Origin: Dehalococcoidia bacterium
GTDB lineage: Bacteria; Chloroflexota; Dehalococcoidia; Lucifugimonadales; SHYT01
NCBI GenBank assembly: GCA_009693045.1
Contig: SHXZ01000002.1
Coordinates: 22,816 to 86,815, forward strand
Reading direction: 5' to 3'
Length of the DNA stretch: 64,000 nucleotides
The notes under the pieces are model-generated. The model was not told the DNA's origin. It did no database searches and worked only from the letters and a program-made list of their open reading frames with translations. Below, piece after piece: positions 40,856 to 51,324 of this stretch; position 1 is the stretch's first letter, and each line of letters begins with the position of its first letter. The translations under genes were made by a program, and so were the position numbers.

Positions 40856-42070
40856 CTAGATCGCGCCCTTCTCGTGAAGCTCAGCGATCTGTTCCCATGT
40901 GTAGCCCAGGCCCAGCAGAACGTCCTCGGTATGCTCGCCGAGCTCCGGCGCCGTGCTGCGGATGCGCGTCGGGGTTTCGCTGAAGCGCACGGGGTGGTTC
41001 GCCAGCTTGATATGGCCGAGCACGGGGTGCTCCACGTCCGCGATGTACTCATTGGCGATGACCTGGGGGTCGCTCGTCAGGTCGCTCAGGCGCTGGACGC
41101 GGGCGTACACCAGGTCGCCCGCCTTCTTGATCAGCTCCTCCCACTCGTCCGTGGTCTTCGTCGCGAAGGCCTTGTCACAAATGGTGATGAGCTCGCGAGC
41201 GTTGTCCCCTCGGGCTTTCAGCGTGGAGAACTTCGGGTCCTCAATCAGGCGCTCCAACCCAAGCAGCCGGCACCACGTCGGCCAGTACCGGTCCGACTGC
41301 AAGTTGACGAACTGAAGCCAGTTGTCGTCCTTGCACTTGTAGGAGTTGGAGAGGGGGTTGGCGGCGTTGGTGCGGTCGCCGGGGGGCAAGAACCGGCCAT
41401 TAAGCAGGCCCATGCTGATGGCGAGGCCCTGGAGCCATATGAGGCTGCCCAGGTGGGAGACGTCCACCTTTTGGCCCACGCCGTGAATGGAACGCGCCAC
41501 GAGCGCTGAGAGGATGCCCTGACAGAGCGTGATGCCGCCCATCTGGTCGGCCACACCGCCCCCGACGGCGCGAGGGTCACCGTCGGCCGGCACTGCCGAG
41601 AACATCATGCCTGCGCGGGCCTGGCCGGCGGTGTCAAAGGCGGGACGCGTGGCGTCCGGCCCCTCAGCGCCGAAGCCGTTGCCGGAAGCGTAGATGATCT
41701 TCGGGTTGATCTTTTTGAGAGTCTCGTAGCCCAGGCCCTGCCGTTCGGCGACGCCGGTGCGGAAGTTCTGGACGAAGACATCCGCGTCCTTCACTAGCTT
41801 GTACACGATCTCCTTGGCCTCCTGCTTCCGGAGGTCAAGCGTGATGCTCTTCTTGTTGCGGTTGTTGCCCTCAAAATACGCCGTGCGCCCACCAGCAAGG
41901 TTGGACGCCACCCGCCCCATGGAGCCCATTGCGCGGCCTGGGTCGCCATCAGGCGACTCTATCTTGATGATCTCTGCGCCCATGTCTCCGAGCATCATGG
42001 TGGCGACCGGGCCGAACTGCCAGATGGTCCAGTCAATCACCTTGATGCCTTCAAGCGGCCCCTTGTCCAA
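40856..42070 (-). CDS. CaiB/BaiF family III CoA-transferase (2)
   Basis: GGAGG then TTG; LGDMGAEIIKIE, NRNKKS, VADQMGG, APELGEHT. Confidence 0.9.
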   Translation of the reverse strand: MDKGPLEGIKVIDWTIWQFGPVATMMLGDMGAEIIKIESPDGDPGRAMGSMGRVASNLAGGRTAYFEGNNRNKKSITLDLRKQEAKEIVYKLVKDADVFVQNFRTGVAERQGLGYETLKKINPKIIYASGNGFGAEGPDATRPAFDTAGQARAGMMFSAVPADGDPRAVGGGVADQMGGITLCQGILSALVARSIHGVGQKVDVSHLGSLIWLQGLAISMGLLNGRFLPPGDRTNAANPLSNSYKCKDDNWLQFVNLQSDRYWPTWCRLLGLERLIEDPKFSTLKARGDNARELITICDKAFATKTTDEWEELIKKAGDLVYARVQRLSDLTSDPQVIANEYIADVEHPVLGHIKLANHPVRFSETPTRIRSTAPELGEHTEDVLLGLGYTWEQIAELHEKGAI

Positions 42071-42242
42071 CGGCGTCCTCCCTATGTAGTGTTCGTCTCG
42101 CCCGGTCTTTTGTACGGTATTCGGTCGGTTATCCAAAGACTCTGTTGGGACAAAACATGCCTTGCCCCTCCAGATTCGCATCTTGGCGGCCCCCGCTAGG
42201 ACACGCGCCTGAAGTGGAGCTCATTCGCGAACTCCACTTTGT

Positions 42243-43448
42243 TCATATCACTTTTTTCGCCTTGAGCTGTGCTATCTCCTCCGAAGTGTACCCCACCTCA
42301 CGCAGGTAGTGGTCGTTGTCCTGCCCCAGCTCCGGCCCCAGACCCTGGACGGCGCCGGGCGTCTTGGTCATCTGTACGACGACCCCAACCACCTTCTGCC
42401 TGCCCCACGTGGGGTTATCCACCTCGGTGATGTAGCCGTTGGCGATGGCCTGGGTGTCGGCGGCGATGTCCTCGTAGTCCTGGACGATGCCGCTCGGTAT
42501 GTCCCACTTGTCAAACCGCTCAACCCATTCCTTGGCCGTGCGCGTCAGCATCGTCTGGTTCAGACGCGTCTTGATCTCCGGCATGCGAGGGGCGCGGTTC
42601 TTTTGATTGCTAAAGGCGGGGTCCTCTTGCCAGTCCTGCCACTCAAGGGCGCTGCACAGCGGCAGCCATTTGTCGCCGCTATTGGAGGGCAAGAACCCCA
42701 TTGATAGGTACTTGCCGTCACCGCACTTAAAGATGCCGCTGACCCCGGATGGTTGGGGCCCTCCGGTAGGCGCAGGGGAATCCTTGTACAGCGCGCCATT
42801 GATGGTGGCGCACATCATGTTGAGTTGGCTGCCGTACTGGGATGTGTCCACCTTCTGGCCAACGCCGGTGCGCTCGCGGGACACGAGGGCGGTGGAAATG
42901 GCGAAGGCGAGAATCATGCCGCCGACCTGGTCGCTTACGCCAGCCACGCCCTGCACGCCCGGAGGTTCGTTTTCGCCGCGCCAGGTGGCATAATAGGCGC
43001 CGCCCATAGCCAGGCCGATGGGCGCGTACGACGGCGAGCCTGCGCGCGGCCCGTCCCGTCCGAAACCGGAGCCCGAAGCGCAGATGATCCGCGGGTTCAG
43101 CACGGATAGCTTGTCGTAGCCAAGCCCCAGGCGGTCCATGGTTCCGCCTTGGAAGTTGTCCACCACCACGTCCGCGGTCTTCACTAGGCGATACACAAGC
43201 TCCAAACCCTCAGGCTGCTTAAGGTCTACAGTAACGCTCTTCTTGCCGCGGCTGTGCGTGTGGAAATAGGGGGAATAGCCGTTGGGCCGGACGCTAAGGA
43301 GCCGCCCCAGATCGCCTGTCCCAGGGCGCTCTATCTTGATGACCTCGGCGCCCATGTCGGAAAGGAGGGCCGTGCCGGCTGGGCCCTGCTGGAAGTTGGT
43401 GAAGTCCAGCACCCTAATGCCTTGGAGCGGTCCGCTGCCCATCGTCAT
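42243..43448 (-). CDS. CaiB/BaiF family III CoA-transferase (3)
   Basis: LSDMGAEVIKIE, RGKKS, VSDQVGG, PELGQ. Confidence 0.9.
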   Translation of the reverse strand: MTMGSGPLQGIRVLDFTNFQQGPAGTALLSDMGAEVIKIERPGTGDLGRLLSVRPNGYSPYFHTHSRGKKSVTVDLKQPEGLELVYRLVKTADVVVDNFQGGTMDRLGLGYDKLSVLNPRIICASGSGFGRDGPRAGSPSYAPIGLAMGGAYYATWRGENEPPGVQGVAGVSDQVGGMILAFAISTALVSRERTGVGQKVDTSQYGSQLNMMCATINGALYKDSPAPTGGPQPSGVSGIFKCGDGKYLSMGFLPSNSGDKWLPLCSALEWQDWQEDPAFSNQKNRAPRMPEIKTRLNQTMLTRTAKEWVERFDKWDIPSGIVQDYEDIAADTQAIANGYITEVDNPTWGRQKVVGVVVQMTKTPGAVQGLGPELGQDNDHYLREVGYTSEEIAQLKAKKVI

Positions 43449-43664
43449 TCCTCCATGTTTGGCCGCAACACGCCGCGTCGTTAAGCGCAGTGTCGCTCAG
43501 TGTTTCGTCGGCGCACCGTAGGGCCGATTCGTGAACCGGCCCTACGGTATTTGGTTACCCCTTGGTAGCGAGACGGTTGAACGTCTCGGCTGTCGTGTGT
43601 CCGGTAGTAGGGGCGCAGCTATGCTGCGCCCCTACTCGTCCCCAGCAGGGTCCTTGTTCGGTTG

Positions 43665-45365
43665 CTAGTACCCCAGGAGCGCGCTGGCGCGGCCGCCGGC
43701 GCCCATAGCGCCTCGCATCGTGCCGGTATCCTTGGGGTCGGAGACGATGTGAACGAAGGCCACCCGGCCATGCCTGGACGCGTCGTACGCACGCAGAAGC
43801 GCTGGGCGGATGTCGTTCGGCTGCGTCACGTGCTCCGTGTGCGCGCCGAACGCCGCGCCAATCATGTCGTACCGGAAGCTCGGATCGTAGGTGGAGATGT
43901 AGTCGTTGAAGCCTGGGGCTACCTGCATGCGGCTCTGGAACGCGCTGCCCACGATGCCCGAGTTGTTGTTGACAATGAAGACCATGGGCAGTTTGTAGTT
44001 CGCCGCCGTCCCAACCTCCATCCCGTTGAAGCCGAACGCTGCGTCGCCGTTGAGGCTGACGACCGGCACGTTGGGCCGCGCCAGCTTGGCGCCAATCGCG
44101 AAGGGCACGCCCACGCCCATGCACCCGCTTTGGGCGGAGTTGAGCCGCGCAGCCGGCGTAAAGGTCTGAAGCACCTGGCGGCCCGCCGCCAGCGTGGTCT
44201 GTCCATCCACACTGTAGATGGTGTCCCGCGGGAAAACGTCGCGGATTTCCTTGAGGATACGATGGGTATGGATCGGGGTGGCGTCGGAATTCATGACCGT
44301 GTCCACGACAACGGCGTTCTTCTTGGTTTCCTCACGCAGAGCCGAGAGCCAGGGGCCTTCGGCGGCGCGCTCAGCCATGCCACGGGTCTTTCCTTCCATC
44401 TCGGCGAGCAGCTGCTGGAGGACCACCTTCGCGTCGCCGACGATGCCCACTTCAATCGCCCGGTTCGTGCCGATTTCCTCCGGCTCAATGTCAATGTGAA
44501 TGATCTTGGCGTCCGGCCGGAACGAGCGGCCAAAGTCAAACGTCCAGTTAAGCCTGGCGCCCACCACAATAGCCACGTCGCAGTTGCGCATGATGGCGCT
44601 GCGGGCGGCGCTCATGTTGAGCGGATGGTCATCCGGGATGAAGCCGCGGCCCATCGGCGACGGCAGGAACGGCATGCCAAGCGACTCTACCAGCTTCTTC
44701 AGCTCGGCGACCGGCTCGGACCAGCGCACGCCCTTGCCGACGATCATCATGGGGCGCTCTGCCTTCATAAGCAAAGCGGCAGCCTGCTTCACCAAAGCAG
44801 GATCGCCCCCTGCCCTGGGTGTCGGCATGATCGTCGGCCATTTGACCTCGTCTTCTTCTACCCCGGCGCTGAGCACGTCCGATGGCAGATCAACGTACAC
44901 CGGTCCCGGCCGTCCGCTGCGCGCCTTCCGGAAGGCCAGAGCCATGTATTCCGGGATGCGGGACGCCGTCTCCACCTTGATGGACAGCTTCGTGATGTTC
45001 GCGTACATCGGGAGGTTATCGGTCTCCTGGAAGGTGCCCGTCAAGTGGCCCTTCAGCGGGTATGACCCACCCAGGATGACGATAGGGATGCTATTGTCCC
45101 ACGCCACGTGCGCTCCCGTGACGCCGTTGGTCACGCCGGGGCCGCCCGCGAGGGTTGAGACGCCCACGGTGTTGCCCACGTAGGCCTCGCCGATGCTGGC
45201 GAAGACACACGCCTGCTCATGCCGCATGCCGATGGGGCGGACGCCGTAGTGCGTTCCTGATGCTAGGATCTCACCGATGGGCCCTCCGGGCACGGAGTAG
45301 ATGTGCTTGACGCCCTCGCGTTGCAAGGACCTGGATACCAGAGTGGCTCCTTCAACCTTTGCCAA
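43665..45365 (-). CDS. ThDP-dependent enzyme, HACL/oxalyl-CoA decarboxylase-like (3)
   Basis: MRHEQA, GPGVTN, FQETD, GRPGPVYVD, GCMGVG, GDAAFG...NNN. Confidence 0.87.
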   Translation of the reverse strand: MAKVEGATLVSRSLQREGVKHIYSVPGGPIGEILASGTHYGVRPIGMRHEQACVFASIGEAYVGNTVGVSTLAGGPGVTNGVTGAHVAWDNSIPIVILGGSYPLKGHLTGTFQETDNLPMYANITKLSIKVETASRIPEYMALAFRKARSGRPGPVYVDLPSDVLSAGVEEDEVKWPTIMPTPRAGGDPALVKQAAALLMKAERPMMIVGKGVRWSEPVAELKKLVESLGMPFLPSPMGRGFIPDDHPLNMSAARSAIMRNCDVAIVVGARLNWTFDFGRSFRPDAKIIHIDIEPEEIGTNRAIEVGIVGDAKVVLQQLLAEMEGKTRGMAERAAEGPWLSALREETKKNAVVVDTVMNSDATPIHTHRILKEIRDVFPRDTIYSVDGQTTLAAGRQVLQTFTPAARLNSAQSGCMGVGVPFAIGAKLARPNVPVVSLNGDAAFGFNGMEVGTAANYKLPMVFIVNNNSGIVGSAFQSRMQVAPGFNDYISTYDPSFRYDMIGAAFGAHTEHVTQPNDIRPALLRAYDASRHGRVAFVHIVSDPKDTGTMRGAMGAGGRASALLGY

Positions 45366-45568
45366 GTGCTTCCTCCTCTAGGATTTTCCTCGGGGAGTCA
45401 TTCCCTGCGTTGCAGAGCGCAAGATGCTCGCGTAGCTGGCCTCCCCCAAGTCGCCGCTACGCTACCTTCACAGGCAGCCTGGTGCTGCTCTGTGCCCTCT
45501 TTCGCCCTCCTCGATTGACACTCCTGTGACACTCCCGCCTGGAGCCGGCTTTCGCGCCCCGGCGATCA

Positions 45569-47563
45569 CTACCGCTTCGGCGCCTTGCTGGTATCCACCA
45601 TGCGGGTCCACGTGGAGCCATTCAGACCCGTGATGTACGCGTACGCGTGGCTGACCGCGTTCATCTCCCACGGCTGCATGAAGATGTAGGTCAGCGAATG
45701 GTTCACCGGAATGAACCAGAGCTGGTCGTACACACGGTTTTGGAACTGCCAAAGCAGTTCGCGGCGCTTGACGATGTCCAACTCGCCGCGCTGCCTCGCA
45801 AAGAGCTCGTCCAGAACCGGGTCGCTCTGCTTTTGGAAGTTCTGGGGGCTGCCGGTAATGAACTGGAGCAGGACGCTGTCTACTTCAAAGACCGCTCCAC
45901 CACTGACCGGCGTGCCTTGCTGGATAAGGCTCTGCCATTTCCCTGTCGTGAAGATGTTGTTCAGGGAGACGGCGTCCGCCGTGAGGATCTTGGTCTCCAC
46001 ATTCAGGTTCTTCTTCCAGTAGTACTGCAACGACAGGTTAATCTCATACGCCGCCCCCGAGGTTGAGGCGGTCTCAATGCTGAGCGTGAAGCCGTTCCCG
46101 TAGCCCGCCTCAGCAAGGAGCTTCTTGGCGGCGTTGGGGTTGTACACGTAGTTCGGCCCCATCTCAGCAAGGCTCAACGGCATGGTCAGGCCAAGGATGT
46201 CATACGGGATGAGCGTGCCGCCAAACGCGTTGCCCTCAAAGGCCACCTCCCATGCCTCGCGCCAGTCTACGGCCTGGGTTAGGGCGCGGCGGACCCGGAC
46301 GTCGGCCAGCGGCCCCTCCAGCCTGACTCGGAAGTGGTTCATGACGGACGTGGCCGACACCGTTTGCATCTGGTAGCCCGCCCGCTGCTTCATGAGGCTC
46401 TCGGCCTCGGTCAGCGTGGTCGCCGTGAACTCGTCAATCTGGCCGGTCAGGTACGCCGCCTTTTGCGCGGCGGCATCGGGGATGTTGAGCCACATCATGC
46501 GGTCAAGCCACGGCAACCCGTTCAGGTGGTACTCCGGGTTCTTGTCCACGACGAGCCGCACCCTTGGGGTAGCCTCCGTCACAATGAACATGCCGGGGCT
46601 GACAAGGATGTTCTTGTCTACGCAGACCTTCTTGTCAAAGCACTCCTGCGGGACAACGGACATCCCGCGGTTGGTGAGCGCCCTGAGGAAGTCGGCGTGG
46701 GGCGCCTTCATCTTCACGCGCACCGTGTACCGATCAACGGCCTCCATCTTGTCCATGAGCTCAAGGACGTTCCCGATGAGCCCCTTCTCCTTTTGGGTGT
46801 TGTAGTAGAGCGCCATGTCCGTGGCCGTGACTTCCCGGTCAGTGCGGGTCATCGGCCCAATCGCAGGCCACAGGACACCACGGCGCATGGGGAAGGTGTA
46901 GGTGAGCGGGTCGGACTGCTCCCACTTGAGGAAGATGTCCGGCACCATCACGGCGGAATAGACCTCGCCGCGCTTGCCGTCGCACTTGCTCATGTCCGGC
47001 TTGCCCTGGAGCGAGCAGCGGCCCATGTCCAGCCGGAAGCCGTACCCGCCCACGTTGTAGCGGCCCGCGCTGCTCGGCCCGAAGGCGTCAAACAGCGTGG
47101 AGGAGGTCTGGCCGTTGCTGCGCGCCTCGCCGCCGTAGGAGGCCTTGGTCCAGAGCGGCAGCTTGTCACCGGAGTACTGGACCATCAGCTGGCCGGCCTT
47201 CTCCTTGGCCTGGTACTCCGTGGGCCAGGGCTTCGAAAGGTCATATCCATCCAGTCCTGCCTGGATTGCCGTCGGCCCTGGGAGACCTGTGCGGGCGATG
47301 GCCGGCCGTATTGGCAGCGGAAGGGGCTTCACCACTGCGGGTACCGCCGGCGCCGGAGGCTGGGCCGCCGGCGCCGGCGCCGCAGTCTGCGGCGCGGCTG
47401 GTGTCGACGGGGTCGGCGATGCAGCGGGCGCCATGCTAGGCGTTGGTTTTGCGGGCGTGGGGGCTGCCGTGGGCTCCGCCTTGGAGCACGCGAGGAGCAG
47501 GGCGATCAGCAGAACAAGTCCCAAAAGTATCGGCGTTACTCGGTAAGGACGGAATAAAGACAC
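45569..47563 (-). CDS. family-5 ABC solute-binding lipoprotein (more divergent paralog)
   Basis: GGAGGT then GTG; LLAC lipobox; shared PLWTKA, LWPAI, DVRVRRAL, WEMNA motifs. Confidence 0.87.
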   Translation of the reverse strand: MSLFRPYRVTPILLGLVLLIALLLACSKAEPTAAPTPAKPTPSMAPAASPTPSTPAAPQTAAPAPAAQPPAPAVPAVVKPLPLPIRPAIARTGLPGPTAIQAGLDGYDLSKPWPTEYQAKEKAGQLMVQYSGDKLPLWTKASYGGEARSNGQTSSTLFDAFGPSSAGRYNVGGYGFRLDMGRCSLQGKPDMSKCDGKRGEVYSAVMVPDIFLKWEQSDPLTYTFPMRRGVLWPAIGPMTRTDREVTATDMALYYNTQKEKGLIGNVLELMDKMEAVDRYTVRVKMKAPHADFLRALTNRGMSVVPQECFDKKVCVDKNILVSPGMFIVTEATPRVRLVVDKNPEYHLNGLPWLDRMMWLNIPDAAAQKAAYLTGQIDEFTATTLTEAESLMKQRAGYQMQTVSATSVMNHFRVRLEGPLADVRVRRALTQAVDWREAWEVAFEGNAFGGTLIPYDILGLTMPLSLAEMGPNYVYNPNAAKKLLAEAGYGNGFTLSIETASTSGAAYEINLSLQYYWKKNLNVETKILTADAVSLNNIFTTGKWQSLIQQGTPVSGGAVFEVDSVLLQFITGSPQNFQKQSDPVLDELFARQRGELDIVKRRELLWQFQNRVYDQLWFIPVNHSLTYIFMQPWEMNAVSHAYAYITGLNGSTWTRMVDTSKAPKR

Positions 47564-47596
47564 GGGATACCTCCACTCAGGTTTCCAAGACGCTTC

Positions 47597-47625
47597 ACCA
47601 TAGACTAGCAAGGCTAACGTGTCAA
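47597..47625 (-). promoter_or_regulatory. putative sigma70 promoter at head of catabolic island
   Basis: TTGACA-17nt-TATGGT. Confidence 0.55.
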
Positions 47626-47850
47626 GAGCATTCCGTTATCGTGCTTGAGCACGGCTATGGGGCTCCAATCAATGTGCCGTACGAACATATGTGGAATGTT
47701 TGATGAGAGGGCAGGAGTTACGAAATACGTAGCCCCAGATCTCGAAGCGATATGGGCACACGGCTTAAGGTGACGAAAAGATACGCCGCCGCTGCCGAGG
47801 TCAGTCCCGGGGTGGGATGGTCACGGAGTCGTGGGGAGGGCTCGCGCGGC

Positions 47851-48549
47851 CTACGCGCCCGCCAGCACCACCCGCGCGTCCACGGCTACCAGCCCGTCCT
47901 CGTACGCGAAGATCGGGTTGAGGTCCACCTCTTTGACCTGCGGATGGGCCTGAATATATGCCGAGAGCTTCAGCAGGGCGTCTTCCAGCCCGGCGACGTT
48001 GACCGGCTTCTGGCCGCGCACGCCCTGGAGCACTGGGTAGCCCTTGATCTCGCGCACCATGTCGCGGGCGTCACGCGGGGCCAGCGGGATGATGCGGAAC
48101 GAAACGTCCTTCAGCACCTCAACCATGACGCCGCCCAGGCCGAACATCAAAACGGGGCCGAACTGGGCGTCCTGGGACGCGCCGATGATGATCTCCACGC
48201 CCGGCTTTGCCATCTTTTGGACGGAGACGCCCAGGACGTGTGCCGAGGGCTGGGCGCGCTTCGCGGAGGCCATGATGTCGTCGTAGGCGCGGCCCACGGC
48301 CTGCGCGTCCGCGAGGCCGAGCTTGACGCCCCCCACGTCGCTCTTGTGGGCGATGTCCGGCGACACAACCTTGAGAACGATGGGGAAGCCGAGCCGCTGT
48401 GCCGTTGCGACGGCATCGTCGCGGGAGCGCGCCAGGAGCGTCTCCGTGACGGAAATCCCGGCCTCCTTGATGACCTCCTTGGACTCCACCTCGGTCAGCA
48501 GGGTGCGCCCCTCACGCTTGGCGGTTGCGGTTAGCTCGGTCAGGGACAT
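47851..48549 (-). CDS. ADP-forming acyl-CoA synthetase beta (ATP-grasp) subunit
   Basis: GFPIVLKVVSPDIAHKSDVGGV, FGPVLMFGLGG, DLNP, VDAR; TTGACG-17-TATGCT upstream. Confidence 0.9.
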   Translation of the reverse strand: MSLTELTATAKREGRTLLTEVESKEVIKEAGISVTETLLARSRDDAVATAQRLGFPIVLKVVSPDIAHKSDVGGVKLGLADAQAVGRAYDDIMASAKRAQPSAHVLGVSVQKMAKPGVEIIIGASQDAQFGPVLMFGLGGVMVEVLKDVSFRIIPLAPRDARDMVREIKGYPVLQGVRGQKPVNVAGLEDALLKLSAYIQAHPQVKEVDLNPIFAYEDGLVAVDARVVLAGA

Positions 48550-48696
48550 ATCAGCCTCCTTCACATCTGCTGGTTGTGGTGAGCGCTTCTGCCGCTCGTG
48601 GTGAGCTTGTCGAAGCATGAGCGGCGATTCTGAGAGCACTCTGGTTGCAGGGAGCATAGCAAGGGAAGCGAGGGGCGTCAATGCAGGCAGTCGTCG

Positions 48697-49110
48697 CTAG
48701 CCGGATGCAATCTCTTGCAGGTGCTTCTGCGCCGCGAGCAGTTGTTCATCCACCGACCTTGCGTCCGACGCGTCAACCGTCACCGAGCGCATGGCCCCGC
48801 TCTGCGCCGCCTCCTCCAACTGCTGCACCAGCGCCTCCTCACGCTCCCGCAGCCGCGTCTGCATGATGATCACGTTCGTCAGCGTCTCCTTCAGCTCCTG
48901 AGCGGCTTTATCTTCGGCTTGCGACGTCGGGAGCGCGCGCTGGAGGGCGGTGAGCAGGCGCAGGCGGATGGCGTTCCACTCGGCGACGTAGCGCACCCGC
49001 CAGGAGAACTCGTCGGCCCTCAGCGCGAAAGGGTCACCACCCAGCCGGCCAACAACATCGAGATAGGTATTCAAGAATCGCTGATGTTCCGGTGATTGGG
49101 CCACGACCAC
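48697..49110 (-). CDS. hypothetical alpha-helical protein
   Basis: 137-aa ORF between co-oriented genes, coiled-coil-like, GAAGG upstream. Confidence 0.55.
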   Translation of the reverse strand: MVVAQSPEHQRFLNTYLDVVGRLGGDPFALRADEFSWRVRYVAEWNAIRLRLLTALQRALPTSQAEDKAAQELKETLTNVIIMQTRLREREEALVQQLEEAAQSGAMRSVTVDASDARSVDEQLLAAQKHLQEIASG

Positions 49111-49130
49111 CTTCGGCTTACGCTCGATCC

Positions 49131-51068
49131 TTACCCCACTTCCGCCGACACCTGCCCCATGCGCGTCACGTCGTAGCCGCCCAGGGCCGCCACGTCGCGG
49201 CGGAACGCCTCGCTTCGGATAGCGGCGAGAAGGGGTGCCAGCAGCGCGCTCTCGTAGTGCTCGCGAGGGATGACCAGATCGTACTGCTCCTGGAGCAGCG
49301 GCACGAAGTCCAGCTCCAATGCCCGCGCGGCGGCCAGGATGCCCAGTCCCGCGTCTGCCGTGCCGCTCGTCACCGCCGCGGCCACCGCCAGGTGCGTGTA
49401 CTCCTCGCGCTCGTAGCCGTGGATGCGCTCCGGCGCCAGGCCAATCTGCTTGAGTTTCTCGTCCAGCAGCACCCGCGTGCCGGAGCCGCGCTGCCGGTTG
49501 ATGAACGCCACATCCGCCCGCGCCAGGTCCTCCAGCGACGCGACGCGTTTGGGGTTACCCTTGGCGACGATGAGGCCCTGGACCCGTCCCACCAGGTGCA
49601 CCAGGACGACGCGCCGGCCCTCAAGGACGCGCCGGACGGCGGGGACGTTGTACTCGCCCGTGTCCTCGTCCAGCAGGTGGCACCCGGCCAGGTGCGCCTC
49701 GCCGCGCTTCAGGGCTAGCAGGCCGCCCATGCTGCCGACGTTGGACGACGAGAGCGTCAGCGTCGCATCCTGGCGCCGTAGGTGGCTCGCCAGCACGTCC
49801 AGCGCCAGGTCGTGGCTGCCAATCGCCACGATGGTGCGCTCCACCTCTTCGGGGCTGCGCAGCAGCTCCACGTCCACGGTCGCGCCCGCGTGAACGCCCT
49901 CGGAGAAGCGGGGGATGCGCACCAGGCCGTCGGCGCGCACCAGCGACATGATGACGCCCGCGCCGCGCTGCAGCGGCGTCGCCACGGTGCGCTCGTCCAC
50001 CTTGCCCAGCTTCACGCGCAGGTACTCGTCCTCGCCCATCGGCGAGAGCACCTTTCGGGTCATCGTCGCCCTGACAACGGGGCGTTTGGGCTGCGCTGCG
50101 CCCAGCATCCGCTCCAGCAGCGGCTTGACGAACAGCTCACAGGTGAGGATGGCGGAGACGGGGTAGCCGGGGATGCCTACCACCGGCTTGCCCGCCGCGA
50201 CGCCCAGCACGACGGGGTGGCCGGGCCGGATGGCGACGCCGTGCACCAGCACGCGGCCCAGCGACTCCACGACCGGCGCTGTGAAGTCTTCAGACCCTGC
50301 GGAGGAGCCGGCGTTGACGATGACCACGTCGTGCTCGGCCAGCGCCTGCTCAACCACGGCGCGCAGCCGGTCAAAGTCGTCAGGCGTGGGCGGGAAGCGC
50401 GTCGGCGTGCCGCCCCACTCCTGCACCATCGCGGCCAGGGTGAGCGAGTTGTACTCCACCACGTCGCCGGGCTTCAGCGGCGCGCCGGGCTGGACCAGCT
50501 CGTTGCCCGTCGGGATGATGGCGACGCGGGGCCTGCGCCGCACTTCCACCTGCGTGAGACCGCACGCCGCGATGGCGCCCAAGTCAACCGGGCGCAGGCG
50601 GTGGTTCTCCGGCAGCACCAGCTCCGTGGCGACGATGTCCTCGCCGAGGGGTCGGACATGCTGCCACGGCGCGACGGGCGCCTGGAGCTCAATCGTGGAG
50701 GCGTCCTCCTCGTGGACGACCTCCGCCATGACCACCGCGTTGAAGCCGGGCGGGACCGGGTCGCCGGTGTCCACCCAGTGGAACTGGGTCTCGTGGCGGA
50801 GGCGCACCGGCGACGTCTCCGTTGCGCCAACCGTGTCTTCGGCGCGGACGGCCACACCGTCCATGGCGGCGGCGTGGTAGTGAGGGGACGAGCGGAGCGC
50901 CCAGACCGGCGCGGCGGTGACGCGGCCCAAGGCCTGGTCCAGGGGGACGGCCTCACTGGGCGTGGGCCTAAGGGCCGAGGCCTGCTGCAACGCGCCGAAG
51001 AAGCGGGCGTAGGTCTCGTCCAGCGGCAGGTCTTCAAGGTAGTAGCGGCGTTTGCGGCGTTGGTTCAT
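49131..51068 (-). CDS. moeA: MoeA fused to C-terminal periplasmic-binding-protein-like domain
   Basis: AAMDGVAV, TGNEL, IRPGHP, PGYPVS; C-terminal GSHD, NVGS, NRQRGSGTR. Confidence 0.9.
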   Translation of the reverse strand: MNQRRKRRYYLEDLPLDETYARFFGALQQASALRPTPSEAVPLDQALGRVTAAPVWALRSSPHYHAAAMDGVAVRAEDTVGATETSPVRLRHETQFHWVDTGDPVPPGFNAVVMAEVVHEEDASTIELQAPVAPWQHVRPLGEDIVATELVLPENHRLRPVDLGAIAACGLTQVEVRRRPRVAIIPTGNELVQPGAPLKPGDVVEYNSLTLAAMVQEWGGTPTRFPPTPDDFDRLRAVVEQALAEHDVVIVNAGSSAGSEDFTAPVVESLGRVLVHGVAIRPGHPVVLGVAAGKPVVGIPGYPVSAILTCELFVKPLLERMLGAAQPKRPVVRATMTRKVLSPMGEDEYLRVKLGKVDERTVATPLQRGAGVIMSLVRADGLVRIPRFSEGVHAGATVDVELLRSPEEVERTIVAIGSHDLALDVLASHLRRQDATLTLSSSNVGSMGGLLALKRGEAHLAGCHLLDEDTGEYNVPAVRRVLEGRRVVLVHLVGRVQGLIVAKGNPKRVASLEDLARADVAFINRQRGSGTRVLLDEKLKQIGLAPERIHGYEREEYTHLAVAAAVTSGTADAGLGILAAARALELDFVPLLQEQYDLVIPREHYESALLAPLLAAIRSEAFRRDVAALGGYDVTRMGQVSAEVG

Positions 51069-51324
51069 CTTACATGCCACGCTCTAAGCTGAAAGCGGTC
51101 ACATCTTCCTTGCGGGAAGGGTTAAGGTTAGCAATTGTTGAGCTGGAGTCTTACCTGTGCCACCGAGACGAGGGTGGGTTTTGGGAGGTGTTCCGGGCTC
51201 CACTATAGAGGCCCAAGCCCTCAATGCCTCCACCCCTACCACGGGTTCGTCCGTATCCTTGGATATCGCCATGCTAGCAGGGCCACCGTGGCGCCGCAAC
51301 CAGGACAGAGCATCTCTGGCTTTC

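Noticed and set aside
30367-45365. ThDP enzymes as biosynthetic acetolactate synthases (ilvB)
   Set aside because: No ilvN/ilvC neighbours; motifs and CoA-transferase context fit HACL/OXC-like enzymes better.
33356-47563. Diversity-generating retroelement acting on SBP 3' ends
   Set aside because: No reverse transcriptase in the window and differences between copies are not adenine-specific.
47681-47694. SOS box cgaacatatgtgga
   Set aside because: The right half-site is mismatched and no repair gene is adjacent.
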